NCBI GenBank assembly: GCA_964199315.1
Contig: OZ116700.1
Coordinates: forward strand, 32,116,001-32,180,000
Direction: 5' to 3'
Source of the DNA: Orbicella franksi
Lineage: Eukaryota
DNA length: 64,000 bases
In this document: piece after piece, positions 62,927-64,000 of the stretch
Layout: every line of letters starts with the position of its first letter
How positions within the stretch are numbered: position 1 is the stretch's first letter
Program-made: the position numbers and the translations under genes
The notes under the pieces: generated by a model
What the model saw: the letters and a program-made list of their open reading frames with translations, nothing else
The model's database searches: none
Told to the model about the DNA's origin: nothing

Positions 62927-64000
62927 TGGACTTGAAGGTGTTTCATGGATACAAAATAGCTTCCTTATAAATACACAATCCCTCAAGACTTCCATATAAA
63001 ATTTTTGGGGATCTTTGCCAGACATGTCAAAAAAGTCAAACCCTAAAATGGCCCAGAGTTCATTCTTGGACATGTTTGAATTGTATTTATATCTCTGAGA
63101 GGTATCAATGCAGGGTTTTTTTGAGTGAAGTGTGACACTGGTTGTTCGAAAGCAATGCTTCAAATAATAATAAAAAGTTTTGTCTCAGTTTCGGCAATAA
63201 ATTCTGGTTCATAATGAAATGCCATAAAATGTATGCATCAACACTGAAGAGTTGAAAGGGAACACTCCACCATACCAAAACATGATTTTCATCTTCACTT
63301 TCACCCCTCTCTTCCATGATTACATGTAGGTGTCACATGAGGCCTTTTCATCACTAATTAGATGATGAGGCATTAAGCTAACTTAAAAGAGTCATAGTTA
63401 TCCCTACCTGCACTTGGTTGAATTTCTTCACTTTGACATTGAGTAATTTTCCTAGTCAGTACAAGAAAATTGTGGTCATGGCCATCTTGCTGTATATGGT
63501 TGCTGCATGTGGTAACAGTGTTGAATTTTTCAGCCCAAATTTTACAGGGCATCAAAAACTCAACACACTAACAAATGGCTTGATTTATACCATCAATGGC
63601 ACTGGTGTTGTCTTCCTTTGTCAAGTACTTTTTACCAAAAAAGACATAATATAATACACATACAAGCTAGGGCTTCATTGTCCCAGAATATCTAAAAACA
63701 AATATTTTGTGTGTATATTGAAAAATATAATTTGTGAACCTCCTAGACATTCTTTTAAACTCCATTTCAACCCTGACTATGAGGAAAACTTTCAAGAGTT
63801 ATTTTTTTTATATAAAGCTTTTGAGAATACATCCTGCCAGAAATTCCAGTGGATTTCACAGGCATGTACTGTAGAGTGGCAGAGGGGAGGGTGGGGCACA
63901 GGAAAAAAGTAGGTAGGAAATTAAAACTGTGAAAATGGGATAAAAATAATGGAAAGAAAGTAGCTACTAAGGGAGTTGAATAAAACAAGTCTGATCTGTA

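Noticed and set aside
63418-63988. Short ORFs at the window end (+63418..63654; possible minus-strand last exon HACEIHWNFWQDVFSKALYKKNNS*)
   Set aside because: These could belong to a gene outside the window, but there is no motif or second exon to support a call.

Overview
Eukaryotic, AT-rich, intron-containing genomic DNA with one assembly gap (41647-41907). It is most likely a cnidarian, probably a stony coral; this is inferred from gene style and short palindromic repeat families and is not proven. Seven protein genes can be spliced by hand with consistent GT/AG sites and phases. They are an unidentified coiled-coil protein (+), an LRR protein ending in a CaaX box (-), an 11-coding-exon p53/p63/p73-family transcription factor (-), a two-TM RING-CH (MARCH-type) E3 ligase (+), a VIT-vWA protein of VWA5B1 type (-), the mitochondrial carrier SLC25A35 (-), and an intronless MRPL9 (+) head-to-head with it. 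Introns and intergenic DNA hold many short non-autonomous DNA transposons (MITE-like), some nested and some with clear TSDs, plus micro- and minisatellites. I found no rRNA, tRNA, CRISPR array or intact transposase/RT ORF, and I cannot support a new multi-gene system. The best candidate for unusual biology is the p53-family locus. It has no SAM domain but keeps a TID-like motif, has a repeat-built SQ-cluster exon and a TAD with Phe at the Trp23-equivalent position, carries an intronic MITE with p53 half-site-like motifs, and has a hairpin MITE in its probable 3' UTR. All exon models and counts were read by eye; no database or RNA data were used.
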